A DNA stretch of 58,949 nucleotides, the filler included, from Globobulimina sp. (lineage: Eukaryota): NCBI GenBank assembly GCA_003354225.1. It is 8 parts of 8 records of this genome, joined end to end, with 100 filler letters (N's around TTAATTAATTAA, not from the genome) between each part and the next. Parts side by side here need not be neighbours in the genome. Positions count along the whole stretch, not along the records: positions 36,941 to 44,221 come from PIVH01000175.1; positions 44,322 to 51,587 come from PIVH01000176.1; 6 more parts are not named here. One strand, written 5' to 3'. Every line of letters begins with the position of its first letter. The stretch's first letter is position 1. The notes beneath the pieces were generated by a model. The model was not told the origin of the DNA. It made no database searches and saw only the letters and a program-made list of their open reading frames with translations. Positions 37,279 through 48,400 of this stretch are shown here, piece by piece. Both the position numbers and the translations under genes were made by a program.

Positions 37279-37515
37279 TTATTTATCATTTTCTTTGTCT
37301 TTCAAATATTCCAACACTTTTAGTATTATGGGCGCCATTGTCCTTTGGCATTTTGGGCACAATCCCTTCCATCTAACTAATGTCTCAATCCTTTTTTTTT
37401 TTGCTTCTTTTTTTTTTCGAGGCCTAACCGTATTTAATTTCCATTTTCTCCATGCCTTTTTTTTAACTTTTCTCCAACTTTTACATGTTGCCATAGTTGT
37501 CTTTAATGGCGGCAT
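37279..37515 (-). CDS. Small, highly basic 78-aa protein with CxxC, divergent from the transposase
   Basis: ATG-initiated, K/R/W-rich, CPKC. Starts 166 bp from the transposase ATG on the opposite strand. Confidence 0.4.
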   Translation of the reverse strand: MPPLKTTMATCKSWRKVKKKAWRKWKLNTVRPRKKKEAKKKRIETLVRWKGLCPKCQRTMAPIILKVLEYLKDKENDK

Positions 37516-37681
37516 TCTGGCTTCCTAGTCCAATGGGCACTATTTTGGGTGCTCCGAGCAATGGGCCACCGATAGGGATGCAAGTCCAATACTAACTACA
37601 GTTCTGGGATCGTTTAATGTCTAATGCAACTGAAAAACTTTCCACTGATTCTAAAATCTTTCCAAATAAACATCAAACTCC

Positions 37682-40141
37682 ATGTCACGTCTCCTTTATC
37701 CCCTTTTAATTCAACGTCAGGGATTTCAAATCCTTCCTGTAAATCCAAACAATGAATATAAACATGATATTATTATTTTTGCGCAAAACAAATATTATTA
37801 CAATCAACAGAGGTATTCGAAAACCCGTCGATGTGACGTGATATATTATAAATGCTCTCACATCGGCTGTAATGAATATCTCACATTAAATACGTCCAAA
37901 AGCCAAATTTTATTTAAAATTCCCGCCCAAACCAGTTACGACGCCCGAGTTCTCGCAAAATCTGAATCTGCACATTACATCAATGATCGAGAAATCCATC
38001 CTCCGACATGGACCACGACTAAAGAGGCTAAACAATGGGGCTTACGGAAGTTAATTGAATTAACATCTATTTATGGGCACGTTAGTAAAGCATGGAAGCA
38101 ATTTGGACGACAATTTCCTGTCCGCAGTATGGTTTTTAACAAAATCAATCAAGTAAATACCATTTTATACTGTAAACGTGCCAAATATAAGCCATCTTTG
38201 CCAACTACAACAAAATTAGCGTTAGAATATGTACTCAATGACAAACACATTGAATCCCAAAATTATTGGGGTCGTCTCAAAATCCAACACAAGAACATGG
38301 CCACGGACCCAGACGTTGGACTTTTAGTTAACGTCGAAAAAGAAGAAGATATACAAGCTCAGATGAGTAATATGACCCACACCATCGCTTTATTAAAGAA
38401 ACGACATAAATATCTACAATATAAATTAAATCGAAAGACTGCACCGGAATACTATCATAGCACCATGATTTGGAATTCCAGTGTTGATGGTTCAATTATT
38501 ATTATCGGTTCATTTCATGGCGGACTCCGCTTAGTAACGCCCTTAAGCACTTGGTGGTCGGCTGGCACTGAGAGCACCCTCACCATGCGTGATGGTACAT
38601 GGTCTACACCATCCTTATCTCCAAATTCCAGTGAAAGACGACCGTGGAAGCAATTACTTCAAATCGGTCCAGTTATACATTCCCACGACATATTCTACAA
38701 ATCAAAGTTTTTTAATGCCTTTTTTGCACTACTACCAGGCAAAAATGAAGATGATTACAAGCTTACGGATGATTTAATTGAAGAAGGCTTTCAAAAGCGA
38801 AAGATCAACATCGATAAACACAAAAAATCCGTACTTAAAGACGTACAAAAAAGACATCCATTTGTACTAATTATTCATCCCGACGAGAAAAACGATGCTC
38901 CAATCTCTAAGTCCACATCCCAAATATCCCACATAACCGATTTTAAAAATGAGTCCCCAATGTATATGAATGTTGACTCTGAATCTATGAATGTTGACTC
39001 TGATCTAAATATTCACAATAACGATAGAATTTATATTCCTGACGGCGTTCATCTCGATTTCGAACAAGCTCCAATTAATGCATTAAAAGAAATTTCGACC
39101 GAACTTATGGTATTAGCGTGTTTTTTCCATTTTTGGCAGGCAAATATACGTAAATTGGGCAAATTGGGATTAAAAATCCCTTATGTAAAATATCAATCAC
39201 CCTTCCGAGTCGCCATTACATTACTCCTTCTAACAGCCTTTCTTCCCGAATTTCAAATAATACCCCAACTCGAATTACGTATCCAGGCCGTTTTACAGTC
39301 GGCACCGTATGGACATAAATTAGCTGTTAAAAGATATACTAAGTACTTTCGCGACACCTGGATTAAATTGTTTCCACCCGCCTTATGGACTATGTTTCTT
39401 CGTTGGAATCGTACTTCTGATTTATTGGAACGCGACAATCGTGAAATAAAAAAAAACATCGGCTCTACATCTTATTTCTACGATTATTTAGACTACTTTG
39501 TCAAAGTCGACGCCGATGAAACTGTTGCATATTCGAGATTAATCAAACATGGTTCAGACGTATTTCTTTTAAAAAGACCGGCCCAAAGAGAACGCGAGTC
39601 AGAATTATTTCAATGTATGCAGTCATATTACGAATCCGATTTTGAAGACCCCACCGCTTATGTTCTCCGAATTTCAGCCATCTATGCTAAACGACTCAGA
39701 GATCAGCATGAAATACTTTCGATTCTCGATGAATACAAATCCTGCGAACCTGCCCCGCCTATAAATCGCATCATAGCACCAGGAGTACGATATATTGCAG
39801 ACGCACTGCCTTTGCAAAATCTTCAGACAAACGTTAATAGTGAAATATATTGCATGGCCGTTTATACCTATCTTTTTGGGACCACAGAATGGAATGCTCT
39901 TAGCCCCACCAAAAGAAAAACTGTTCCCTCAGCTATATATCAAAATGCACAATTTTATCGAGGCCCTCTTTCCGGCCTTTTGTATGCACTTGTTGCCATA
40001 AAATTTAAGTCATGGATTTATTCATTTGTAGCATTTATCGAAGGGACAGAAGCCATTATCTTTACCTATGACAAAGTTAAATGGGAGTTAGTAGTACAAA
40101 TGGATAAGGCAATTACAGATGGACATATAAAAATTCTTTAA
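37682..40141 (+). CDS. MULE (Mutator-like) DDE transposase with N-terminal FLYWCH/WRKY-like Zn finger
   Basis: YYKCSHIGC; MRDGTW (D1); KQLLQI; FALLPGKNEDDY; LDFEQAPINA (D2); CFFHFWQA (CxxH); YFRDTWI; RTSDLLERDN (E). Confidence 0.92.
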   Translation: MSRLLYPLLIQRQGFQILPVNPNNEYKHDIIIFAQNKYYYNQQRYSKTRRCDVIYYKCSHIGCNEYLTLNTSKSQILFKIPAQTSYDARVLAKSESAHYINDREIHPPTWTTTKEAKQWGLRKLIELTSIYGHVSKAWKQFGRQFPVRSMVFNKINQVNTILYCKRAKYKPSLPTTTKLALEYVLNDKHIESQNYWGRLKIQHKNMATDPDVGLLVNVEKEEDIQAQMSNMTHTIALLKKRHKYLQYKLNRKTAPEYYHSTMIWNSSVDGSIIIIGSFHGGLRLVTPLSTWWSAGTESTLTMRDGTWSTPSLSPNSSERRPWKQLLQIGPVIHSHDIFYKSKFFNAFFALLPGKNEDDYKLTDDLIEEGFQKRKINIDKHKKSVLKDVQKRHPFVLIIHPDEKNDAPISKSTSQISHITDFKNESPMYMNVDSESMNVDSDLNIHNNDRIYIPDGVHLDFEQAPINALKEISTELMVLACFFHFWQANIRKLGKLGLKIPYVKYQSPFRVAITLLLLTAFLPEFQIIPQLELRIQAVLQSAPYGHKLAVKRYTKYFRDTWIKLFPPALWTMFLRWNRTSDLLERDNREIKKNIGSTSYFYDYLDYFVKVDADETVAYSRLIKHGSDVFLLKRPAQRERESELFQCMQSYYESDFEDPTAYVLRISAIYAKRLRDQHEILSILDEYKSCEPAPPINRIIAPGVRYIADALPLQNLQTNVNSEIYCMAVYTYLFGTTEWNALSPTKRKTVPSAIYQNAQFYRGPLSGLLYALVAIKFKSWIYSFVAFIEGTEAIIFTYDKVKWELVVQMDKAITDGHIKIL

Positions 40142-40432
40142 AGCTTTTTTTTAATATGACTTTCGCATAAACTCTATGGGTTTTTTTGTTCTATTTAATC
40201 TAGATTTATTTTTGATTTGTTTTTTTTTGCCTGGTGTTTTGTTTAAATTCTTTTTTCAAATCGTTATATATTTTTGTTTTTTACTTTTTCTAATTCCACC
40301 TAAACGTTCTTGTAGTCCGGTTTTTTGCTTCCCACATTTTTAAATTTTTTAACATTTTGTTAAAACAATCCTCTCACTACATCCTCTCACTCTCCACTTC
40401 TTTTAACTTTTAAACCCCAGATTTTAGCATCA

Positions 40433-43395
40433 ATGGCCTCTCACCTCCGCCGCCTTCAATCGACGACACCTAATTCTATTCAATTACTAGAATATAAAAA
40501 TGCTTTCCTTGAAGATTCCCACGAAAAGACAACAGATGATTTTAAAGACTGCCGATACCAAGTACCATTTAAAGGTCGAATTTTAATGGATTATACCGAG
40601 TCTGTCCTACAAACAACTAGTAAACATCAAATATGGGAGGTTAATGACCATATGTGCCTCTCTGCCCTTCGCGCCGTACAAGAAAATAGACCTGTCGATT
40701 ACCTTCAAAAAACCATTATGTGCCCATCGCAAATTCATTTATATGTTGACAAGGGTTATAAAATAATGACGGTTAAGCGAACATGGCTAGTAACATTGAA
40801 ACGCGAAAAAATAACTGAGCCTTTTATTGAAACACAGCGAGATTGTCTTTTAAATGGTTGGATCCGTTATATCACCGATGTTGTTGGCGCCGACTGCCGG
40901 AAAAAATATTACATTTTCACCGGTATTGATCCTCTCTCACACAAAATTATGTATGTCCCACTTATGGTTATGACAAATCCAAAGCAAGATAATATGGCTG
41001 CCGTTAAGTATATCTCAATATATCGCTCCTATCCATGCATGCTTTCAATTTTTTTTAGCGTTTTCATGCATTACAAGCCGGGTTTAATGAAATTGGTACA
41101 TGGATTAATTTTACCAATACTGGTCCACTTCGCGCGCAATGGTACACGCAGTATCTTGGACCTAGCCTCGAACGACCGAAATCCCCGACTCTAGAGGCCA
41201 CGAAGTCATTCGGGGCAGTATTTTCTCCTGTTCTTAACCGTCATGTTTATATCGATCCTATTGGAACTATTTGGTGTACGAAAGAACGAAAACATTTGAC
41301 AGCAATGACTTCCGGATTATGTATCATTCCTGACACATTTAATAAATTAAAAATCAATGCCAACAGTATAAAATCATTCCCCCGTATACCCACCATCGAT
41401 CAAATGTCCCAATTTGGAATTCCAATTCCCGGTCAATTAGGGATTGAGGCCATGGGCGAGTTAAGTTCTTTTTATCTCTAAGTCCACTGTAGTCTACAAA
41501 TATAATATTTTTACAGACGAAATTTCATAATCTCATTAATGGGTCCCTTGTCTATTATGCTATCAGTACCTAACAATTTACAATTCATTGTACTCAAAAC
41601 CGGAGGTACCCCATCCATTTTAATCGAAGGACCGCCAGGAACCGGGAAAAGTACCCAAAATCAAATAAAATGTCTTTTATATGGTACATCGCCAACAACG
41701 TCCATGTGCACTTTATATAATTGGTCGTCATCTGCGTTAACTACTATTTGCGATCTCTTACCAGGCATTAGTGTCAGGTATTTTTCTTTTATTTTAACAC
41801 AATCGTTTTGTACGTATGTTTATTGCTCAGTGCCGATGATGTCGATCATGATAAAATGTGTAGTTCGTCAAATGGCAAATCATCATTCTGGATGAATGCA
41901 TATTCCTGCTCGACCGATGTCACTATGGCAAACGGAGTTCGTAATGGTTCCACGGCTGTTACGAACGCCATATGTAACAATTCTGATGCTTGTGTCGATT
42001 GGTTATCACGTCCTGTTGTTGGCCGCGTCGAATTATTGCACTGGCTCAATCATGTCGACACATTATCAATTGCTGAAAGAGCACAGAGTTTAACTAAGTT
42101 ACAAGCTTATATCGACTCCTATGCAGCGCATTTACCTGATTTTTTGGTTGAGTTGGATTTCTCTAATTTTTCTGATTATTTAGAAGAAATTATTGAAATG
42201 CACGCAGCCTTTGCCGAACGTTCTACTTTGCCAGATATCATCCCATTTCGTTCCCTGTCATTTAAAGCAATTTTACTTATTGCAATCGATTACCTTTCCG
42301 AGAATGTCGTCATATTTGATCGCCAGGTTGCTCGTCGTGTTTTACCGCAATTATTTCAATATGGATATCAGGTATTTATGTCCGCCACACTTTGTTTCTA
42401 AGTCCACCTCCGATTATTTTTTTCAGAAAGTTGCAGTGCATCAATCGAAAGTACCGATAACGCCAATCCAGGCAGTCCAGCCCAGCACTCCCCTTAATAC
42501 ATCGGCACTAGTTACATCCGACGAAGAGATGCAAATTTATATCGAAGAATTCTTTCGCTTACTTCATCCCTGGTTTAATCATCAGATCGATGAGACGCTA
42601 TTAAGCTCCGATGACCTAGATTTGTGGCTCGATATCAAAAAGACCACTAGTTATTATAGTGATTTCGCACCCAATGCCAATAAAGATTTCGAAGATAAAT
42701 GCTATGGATTTATATCGAAGCATTTTGACTCATTAAGACATTTATCCAAGACATATGGCCGCAGTCTCATTGTCGATTATTCCCCAGAATTCTCATCAAG
42801 AAAAATTTTACAAGCTGCCCGCCATTTTGACTGGCTTGCACGTTGGCGATATAATTTTAAGACCGGTGATTTTAAAGGAAATACTGTCAAGCAATGGGGC
42901 AAGTATTGGATTTTTATTTCTGCTGCCAAATTAAACGCTGTTTTTCATCGATATGTGTCTCCTCAACCCTTCACTGCCGATGACGCTATGAAGCATTCTG
43001 GCATCACATGGAATTCGAATAGTCCTGCAACCACTACGCCTTCGGTCACTCCTAATACACAAAATTCCAATTCTCTCCAGCATGCCCTTTCACAAAGTTC
43101 CATTTCGCTCCAGCATGCCCTTTTGCAAAGTGCCTCCGAACAATCACAAATTTCGGATACGCAAAGTGCAGAAGAACATCATCAATCTATTTTGCTTCAG
43201 CATGTCCTTGTCAGCCAACAAGATGTCGACAATTTACAGTATGACGATCAGGCCATTTTGCTGCAAAATGATGCCGCACCCGCTATATCCGATGCAGAGA
43301 TGAATCACAATCGTAAAAGGAAACACTCCCTAACATCGGATTCTGATGCCGAGAACAAACCGCCACAATTGAAAAAACAAAAGTTAACAGAATAA
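40433..43395 (+). CDS. P-loop ATPase / SF3-helicase-like protein (~913 aa); exons 40433-41002, 41059-41459, 41517-41777, 41831-42371, 42427-43395
   Basis: Four 53-57-nt GT-AG introns give a stop-free frame with Walker A ILIEGPPGTGKST, Walker B ISVSADD and an NAICNN motif-C/sensor-like strand. The first donor position is approximate. Confidence 0.75.
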
Positions 43396-43690
43396 ACATT
43401 TTTTGTTGCATTTATGCTGGTTTTGTTTTTTACCAGGTGTTTTTTAACACTATTGAATTTTTTTTTTAGCATTTATGCTGGTTTTATTTTTTAGATGTTC
43501 CACCCCTTTGTTGACCTTTTTTTATTCTCATCAACGATAACATTTTTTGTTGCATTTATGCCGGTTTTGTTTTTTACCAGGTGTTTTTCAACACTATTTC
43601 TCAATTTTTTTTGGGCATTTATGCCGGTTTTGTTTTTTACCAGGTGTTTTTCAACACTATTTCTCAATTTTTTTTGGGCATTTATGCCTA
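43391..43690. repeat. 63-bp tandem repeats downstream of the ATPase gene
   Basis: gcatttatgccggttttgttttttaccaggtgtttttcaacactatttctcaattttttttgg-like unit, two near-perfect copies plus degenerate copies. Confidence 0.9.
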
Positions 43691-44025
43691 TACCTTTGAA
43701 TTTTTTTTGTTAAAATTCGCCAACGAGAACGACATTATTTTTTTTTGTGGGTTTTTTTTTATTAACTATTTAATATTGAGTTTGTTTTTTTTCGTGTTTA
43801 AACTTGTTTCGGTATTTCTTTTTTTTCATTCTCAATTTCTATCTTTACTTTTTCTAAGTCCACATCTTTTCACCAGTTCAAAACTTTCGCTCAACAACAT
43901 GCCTTTCGCACAAGCTAATATGATACAGACTATTGGCCACAAAAATAGTTTCAAGCAAATCCAAAAAAAAAAAAATGCAGTACGGGTACTTACTTACTTA
44001 CTTACTTACTTTTTCTTCTACCGAC

Positions 44026-44221
44026 ATGTTCAAAGCCGCCAGCCAGAAAAAAAAAGCAATGCATAAATCCAATATACCGCCAATGCCATTCCAGGCAAGC
44101 AGAGCCATCAGTAGATCTGCATCCGTTGTTACTCCGCAAACAGATGAACAGATGTTACTTTATATCTCAGAATTTTTCCGTTTATTTCATCCTTGGTTCA
44201 CTCACCAGATCGATGAAACGA
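44026..44221 (+). CDS. Paralogue of the ATPase exon-5 domain, 3'-truncated
   Basis: DEQMLLYISEFFRLFHPWFTHQIDET vs DEEMQIYIEEFFRLLHPWFNHQIDET encoded at ~42520-42597. Confidence 0.75.
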
Positions 44222-44321
44222 NNNNNNNNNNNNNNNNNNNNNNNNNNNNNNNNNNNNNNNNNNNNTTAATTAATTAANNNNNNNNNNNNNNNNNNNNNNN
44301 NNNNNNNNNNNNNNNNNNNNN
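44222..44321. other. Artificial contig spacer
   Basis: 44 N + TTAATTAATTAA + 44 N. Confidence 0.99.
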
Positions 44322-45373
44322 TTCTCATAATGTGGATGCCACGACAGACACGACAGTTCATCAATTTCTGCGCGTATTGTATCAAATACGCCCTTGCCTA
44401 ACATGCGTAAGTCCCATATTTTGATGAGTTGATCTTTGCTCCCCGATATTAACCAGTTACCATTGATTTTATTGATTTTCACCGCAGAGACTGTGTTTTT
44501 ATGCCCATGTAATGAGCGCAGACATTCGCCACTCCGCGGACACCATAATTTGATTAAATTGTCTTTTGAGCCACTGGCCACAATGGATTTGTATGGATGC
44601 CAATCGATGCAAGTAACATCCCAGCCATGTCCGCGTGTGGCAGACTCAGTTTTGCAAGAAGAGAAATCCCAGATTTTAAGGTAGCCATCGGCTGAGGCAC
44701 TGGCAAACTTACAATAACAGGGACTAAAACACATATCATTGATAGACTCGTCGTGGCCGCGTTTATTTATTAAATTTTTCATATTTTGGGTCCAATATTT
44801 TATATAGCCGCGACTATCCGAACTAATTAAGATCTCGTCATCGTATTTCCATATCATACGACGTATTGGGTATTCGTGGGCTGGTAATATTGTATCAAAA
44901 TTGAATTTTAATCCATTCCATAACGTAAATTGGCCCATTGCGTTGCCTGTGATTAGTCGCCGTCCTTCTGGCGACCACTTGTTTGTTGTTGTTTTGGTTT
45001 ATTTTATTATATTTGCCTGGCGCAAGGAGTTAGAAAGGAACTCAACAATAAGGCAGTTAATAGCGCATTTATGTTTATTTATTGATGTGGACACATATTT
45101 TGTACAGAATCCATGCGATTCATTTGCTTTTTCAAATGGTATTGGCCTCAAACGTCGAATTGCGTTCGATGTAGGATAAATCTTTTTAAATTCACGAAAT
45201 GTTCGATAATAAGCACGTGTCTCTAAATAATTAATAATTGTGGTGTGATAATCTACTGTGCGTCGAACAATTGGTTTCTTTTGTTTATCATCGTCAGCTC
45301 CTGTGGTTAGACTTATTATTTGATCTGGATTTGGTTGGTGGTAAGGATTATATGTTTGTTGTTTAGTTGACAT
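44322..45373 (-). CDS. WDR33: Pre-mRNA 3'-end processing WD40 protein WDR33/Pfs2, 3'-truncated; intron 45046-44978
   Basis: [74 protein letters not shown] are characteristic of WDR33/FY/Pfs2. Confidence 0.93.
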
Positions 45374-45499
45374 GCTTAAAAAGTTAATAATCTAACGTTT
45401 CTAATTTCTATTGAGTAGCTAAAGCTGTCATATATAAATAAATAATAATTAATAATCATGTACAGAATTATGAACAAACTAATATTTATATAAAACTAC

Positions 45500-48400
45500 T
45501 TATTTTTTAACAGTCCATCTGAGGTCAATTATTCGTGATTGTGCTTCATTTAAATTATTCAAACAAACGTGTAGCCGGATTTTATTATTCTCTTCAACAT
45601 CACACCAAAATACAATTGGAATTTCATCTTTATTTTTCCATTGAGATAATAGTTCAAATGATTGCGATCCTTCATACTCACATTCATCAATATATAAAAC
45701 ATTTTTATTTTGATTTGAGATATAATGTTCCGATGAATATAAATCAATTTGTATTTTCCTTTCATGAATGGGTTTAATCCAAATAATTTCACAATGATTT
45801 GCTTGTACCATTTGTCCTTTTTTTATAATTTCATAAAAAACCCCATTAACGTTCCATGTTTTATTTATATCATCAAATATCTTTTTATTTTTATCATCTT
45901 TCCCTTGGATATAATCTCTTTGTACCGAAATGCCCCAACTTTTATTTGCTCGATATCTCAATAAATTATTATTACCTTTTTCTGATACTATATCATATAA
46001 AGCGGTACCTTTACTTATTTTTGATTTTGCAAAATGTATATTTTCTTCCCGGATTTTTTTTATCTTATCATTTTTTTTATATTTTTGTCTAATTTTATTT
46101 TGTATACATTCAATTTCACTTAATTCCCCACATATTATTATGTGCTGTTTACATCCTTCAATCTGTTTTATTCTCAATAATTTATTAATTTCTTTAAATA
46201 ATGACTCTAAAACTGAGCCAAATATATTATCAAATATCTCATCATTCTCTCCATTCTGATTTGACTTTACCGAACGTAAAAAATTGGATTTTATCTCATT
46301 CAATTTAGTTGTTTTACTATTAATTAATTGATCAAACTCTTGCTTGCCTCCAAATACATCGCCTAATAATGACACAAATCTATTTGTTATCGCGTTTAAA
46401 CTTATATTTTTATTAATTTTCACCTCCATTAATTCTTTAGTTTTATATTCATTCATCATTTGATAACATCCAATCATAAAACAATACTCATTCAACATAA
46501 CTGACATAAATTTTGTATTATTATTCTCTTTTTTCGAATGTAATTTTATATTATAATTTGTAGCAATGGCTTGCGATTCTTTAATGATTAATAAATTGTC
46601 CTTCACTCCTAATTTAATGGCACTTTGTTTCAATAATGGCTTTACAAATTTATATATCATGTCTGGAATGGATAGTTTCCATTCAATTTCCTCTTCTTTT
46701 ATTTCTTAATTAGATTTATCCAAATAAACTTTCTTTATAACATCTAATGTATTATTCCAAAAGAAGTGTAATGTCACATCAAATAATAATGCAATTGAAA
46801 CTGATTTACCATTGTTATCACATATTACCTCAACTCCTTCTTTATTGTCGACGTCCGCGTCATATTTATTTTCAATTTCAATTAATTTATTCTCACATAA
46901 TGCTATTATAAAATTATCAAACGCATAATAATCATTATCAGACTGTTCATTCTGTTGCAAATTATCAAATGCAGACGTACCAATACCTTGCAATTCATTG
47001 TCATGATTTAATAAAAGAGATGGATATTTTTTAAATAATGTATTAAATTTTTTCTTATTATGATTATCTACATAGCCAACACTCAATTCTTTATAGCCCC
47101 AATTCATTCCAACATACACTTTATATAAATTCGATTCTTGTTTTGCTAATATTTTCTTAATAATTGATGATTCGTTCCATTTTGTATTTAATTGCTTGAC
47201 GCCTTGCGGTTGTGCTACAATTCGTATTGTATCGTATTGATTTTGTTGAATTTTCTTTAATTTTTTATTTATAAAACTTTGATTAAATTTTGGTATTATT
47301 TTACTAAATGTTGCTGAAATTTTAGATAATGGCGAATTGCTCATTTTATCATAAATGGCTGGCCATATTATATAATTTAATGACTCTTTTAAATGCGAAC
47401 CGAAAAATGCTGAATATATCTCCGCATTAAACATAATTTGTTTGCTCCGTGGCTCAAAATCAAACGTTTTTGGTTTTAACAACAAACTTCCATCAAATAA
47501 TGTCAATTCCCAGCTTATCCTCAAACAAACTACAATAAATTACAAAAAAACACTTTTACTCTCACTATAAAACAAAAACAAAAAAAAACAGAAAAGATGT
47601 AAAGTGCAAGGATGAAAATGAATGAATGCGTATAACATACGAAGAAAATGAATATGAGTAGGAAGATAATACAATATCTAATACGTAATTAGCAAAATCG
47701 AGTTTAATCTCATCAAAAATATGTAAATATGTACGTCTCAATTGTACTTTACATAAATCTTGTAATATCTCAATATTTTGAATATAAAATAATTTTGATG
47801 CTTTGATATAAAAATCAATTTCATATTCTTTCATTTTCTGGAAAGAAACAAACAAAATATCAAACATTATTTCATGAACTAATTTCATAATAAATTGATC
47901 GCCATAATTTACAAATTTTTTACTAATATCTTTTGCAATATTTTTCGATGGTTTACTTAAATAATTATTTTTTATATTTTCATATCGATTTATAATATCA
48001 CGCAGTGATGGAAATATATCATATTGATGGTCGCTGTCAATTACTTTATTATTATCACTCTTTTCCTCTTTTTCTTTCTTAATAATAGCGATATTTTGTA
48101 ATTGTTTTACAGAATTACTGCTTATGGCAATATTCTCATTTCTTAAACTGTCCGCATCTCGACTTACTATTTTAATCTGTTTCCGCAGCTGTTTATTTTG
48201 AAGATGTAATGTCTTATTTTCGTCTTTTAATAATTGTATTTTTTTTAAATAATGTTTGGCCGATATCGAGGAGCCACCATTTTTCTCATCAATATACATA
48301 TCTAAACTGCTATTTATATGACTTAATTGTCCAATATTTGAATGTTTTGTTAATTGATTTAATGCAAACTGAAATGTATAAAATTGATTAATTTTTTCTT

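Larger units (their letters stand above)
36941..44221 (+). mobile_element. Putative large Mutator-like (MULE) DNA transposon with ATPase/helicase cargo; ends not captured
   Basis: Intact MULE transposase, nested tandem repeats at the left end, co-oriented ATPase gene and its partial paralogue, and a recurring TCTAAGTCCAC motif across the contig. No TIR or TSD seen. Confidence 0.65.

Noticed and set aside
41059-41194. C-terminus of ORF 40433-41194 as given in the ORF track
   Set aside because: It reads through an intron; another frame from 41059 is continuous into the ATPase exons.
43495-44066. Hydrophobic ORFs 43495-43713 and 43581-44066
   Set aside because: Phe-rich translations of T-rich 63-bp repeats and intergenic DNA.
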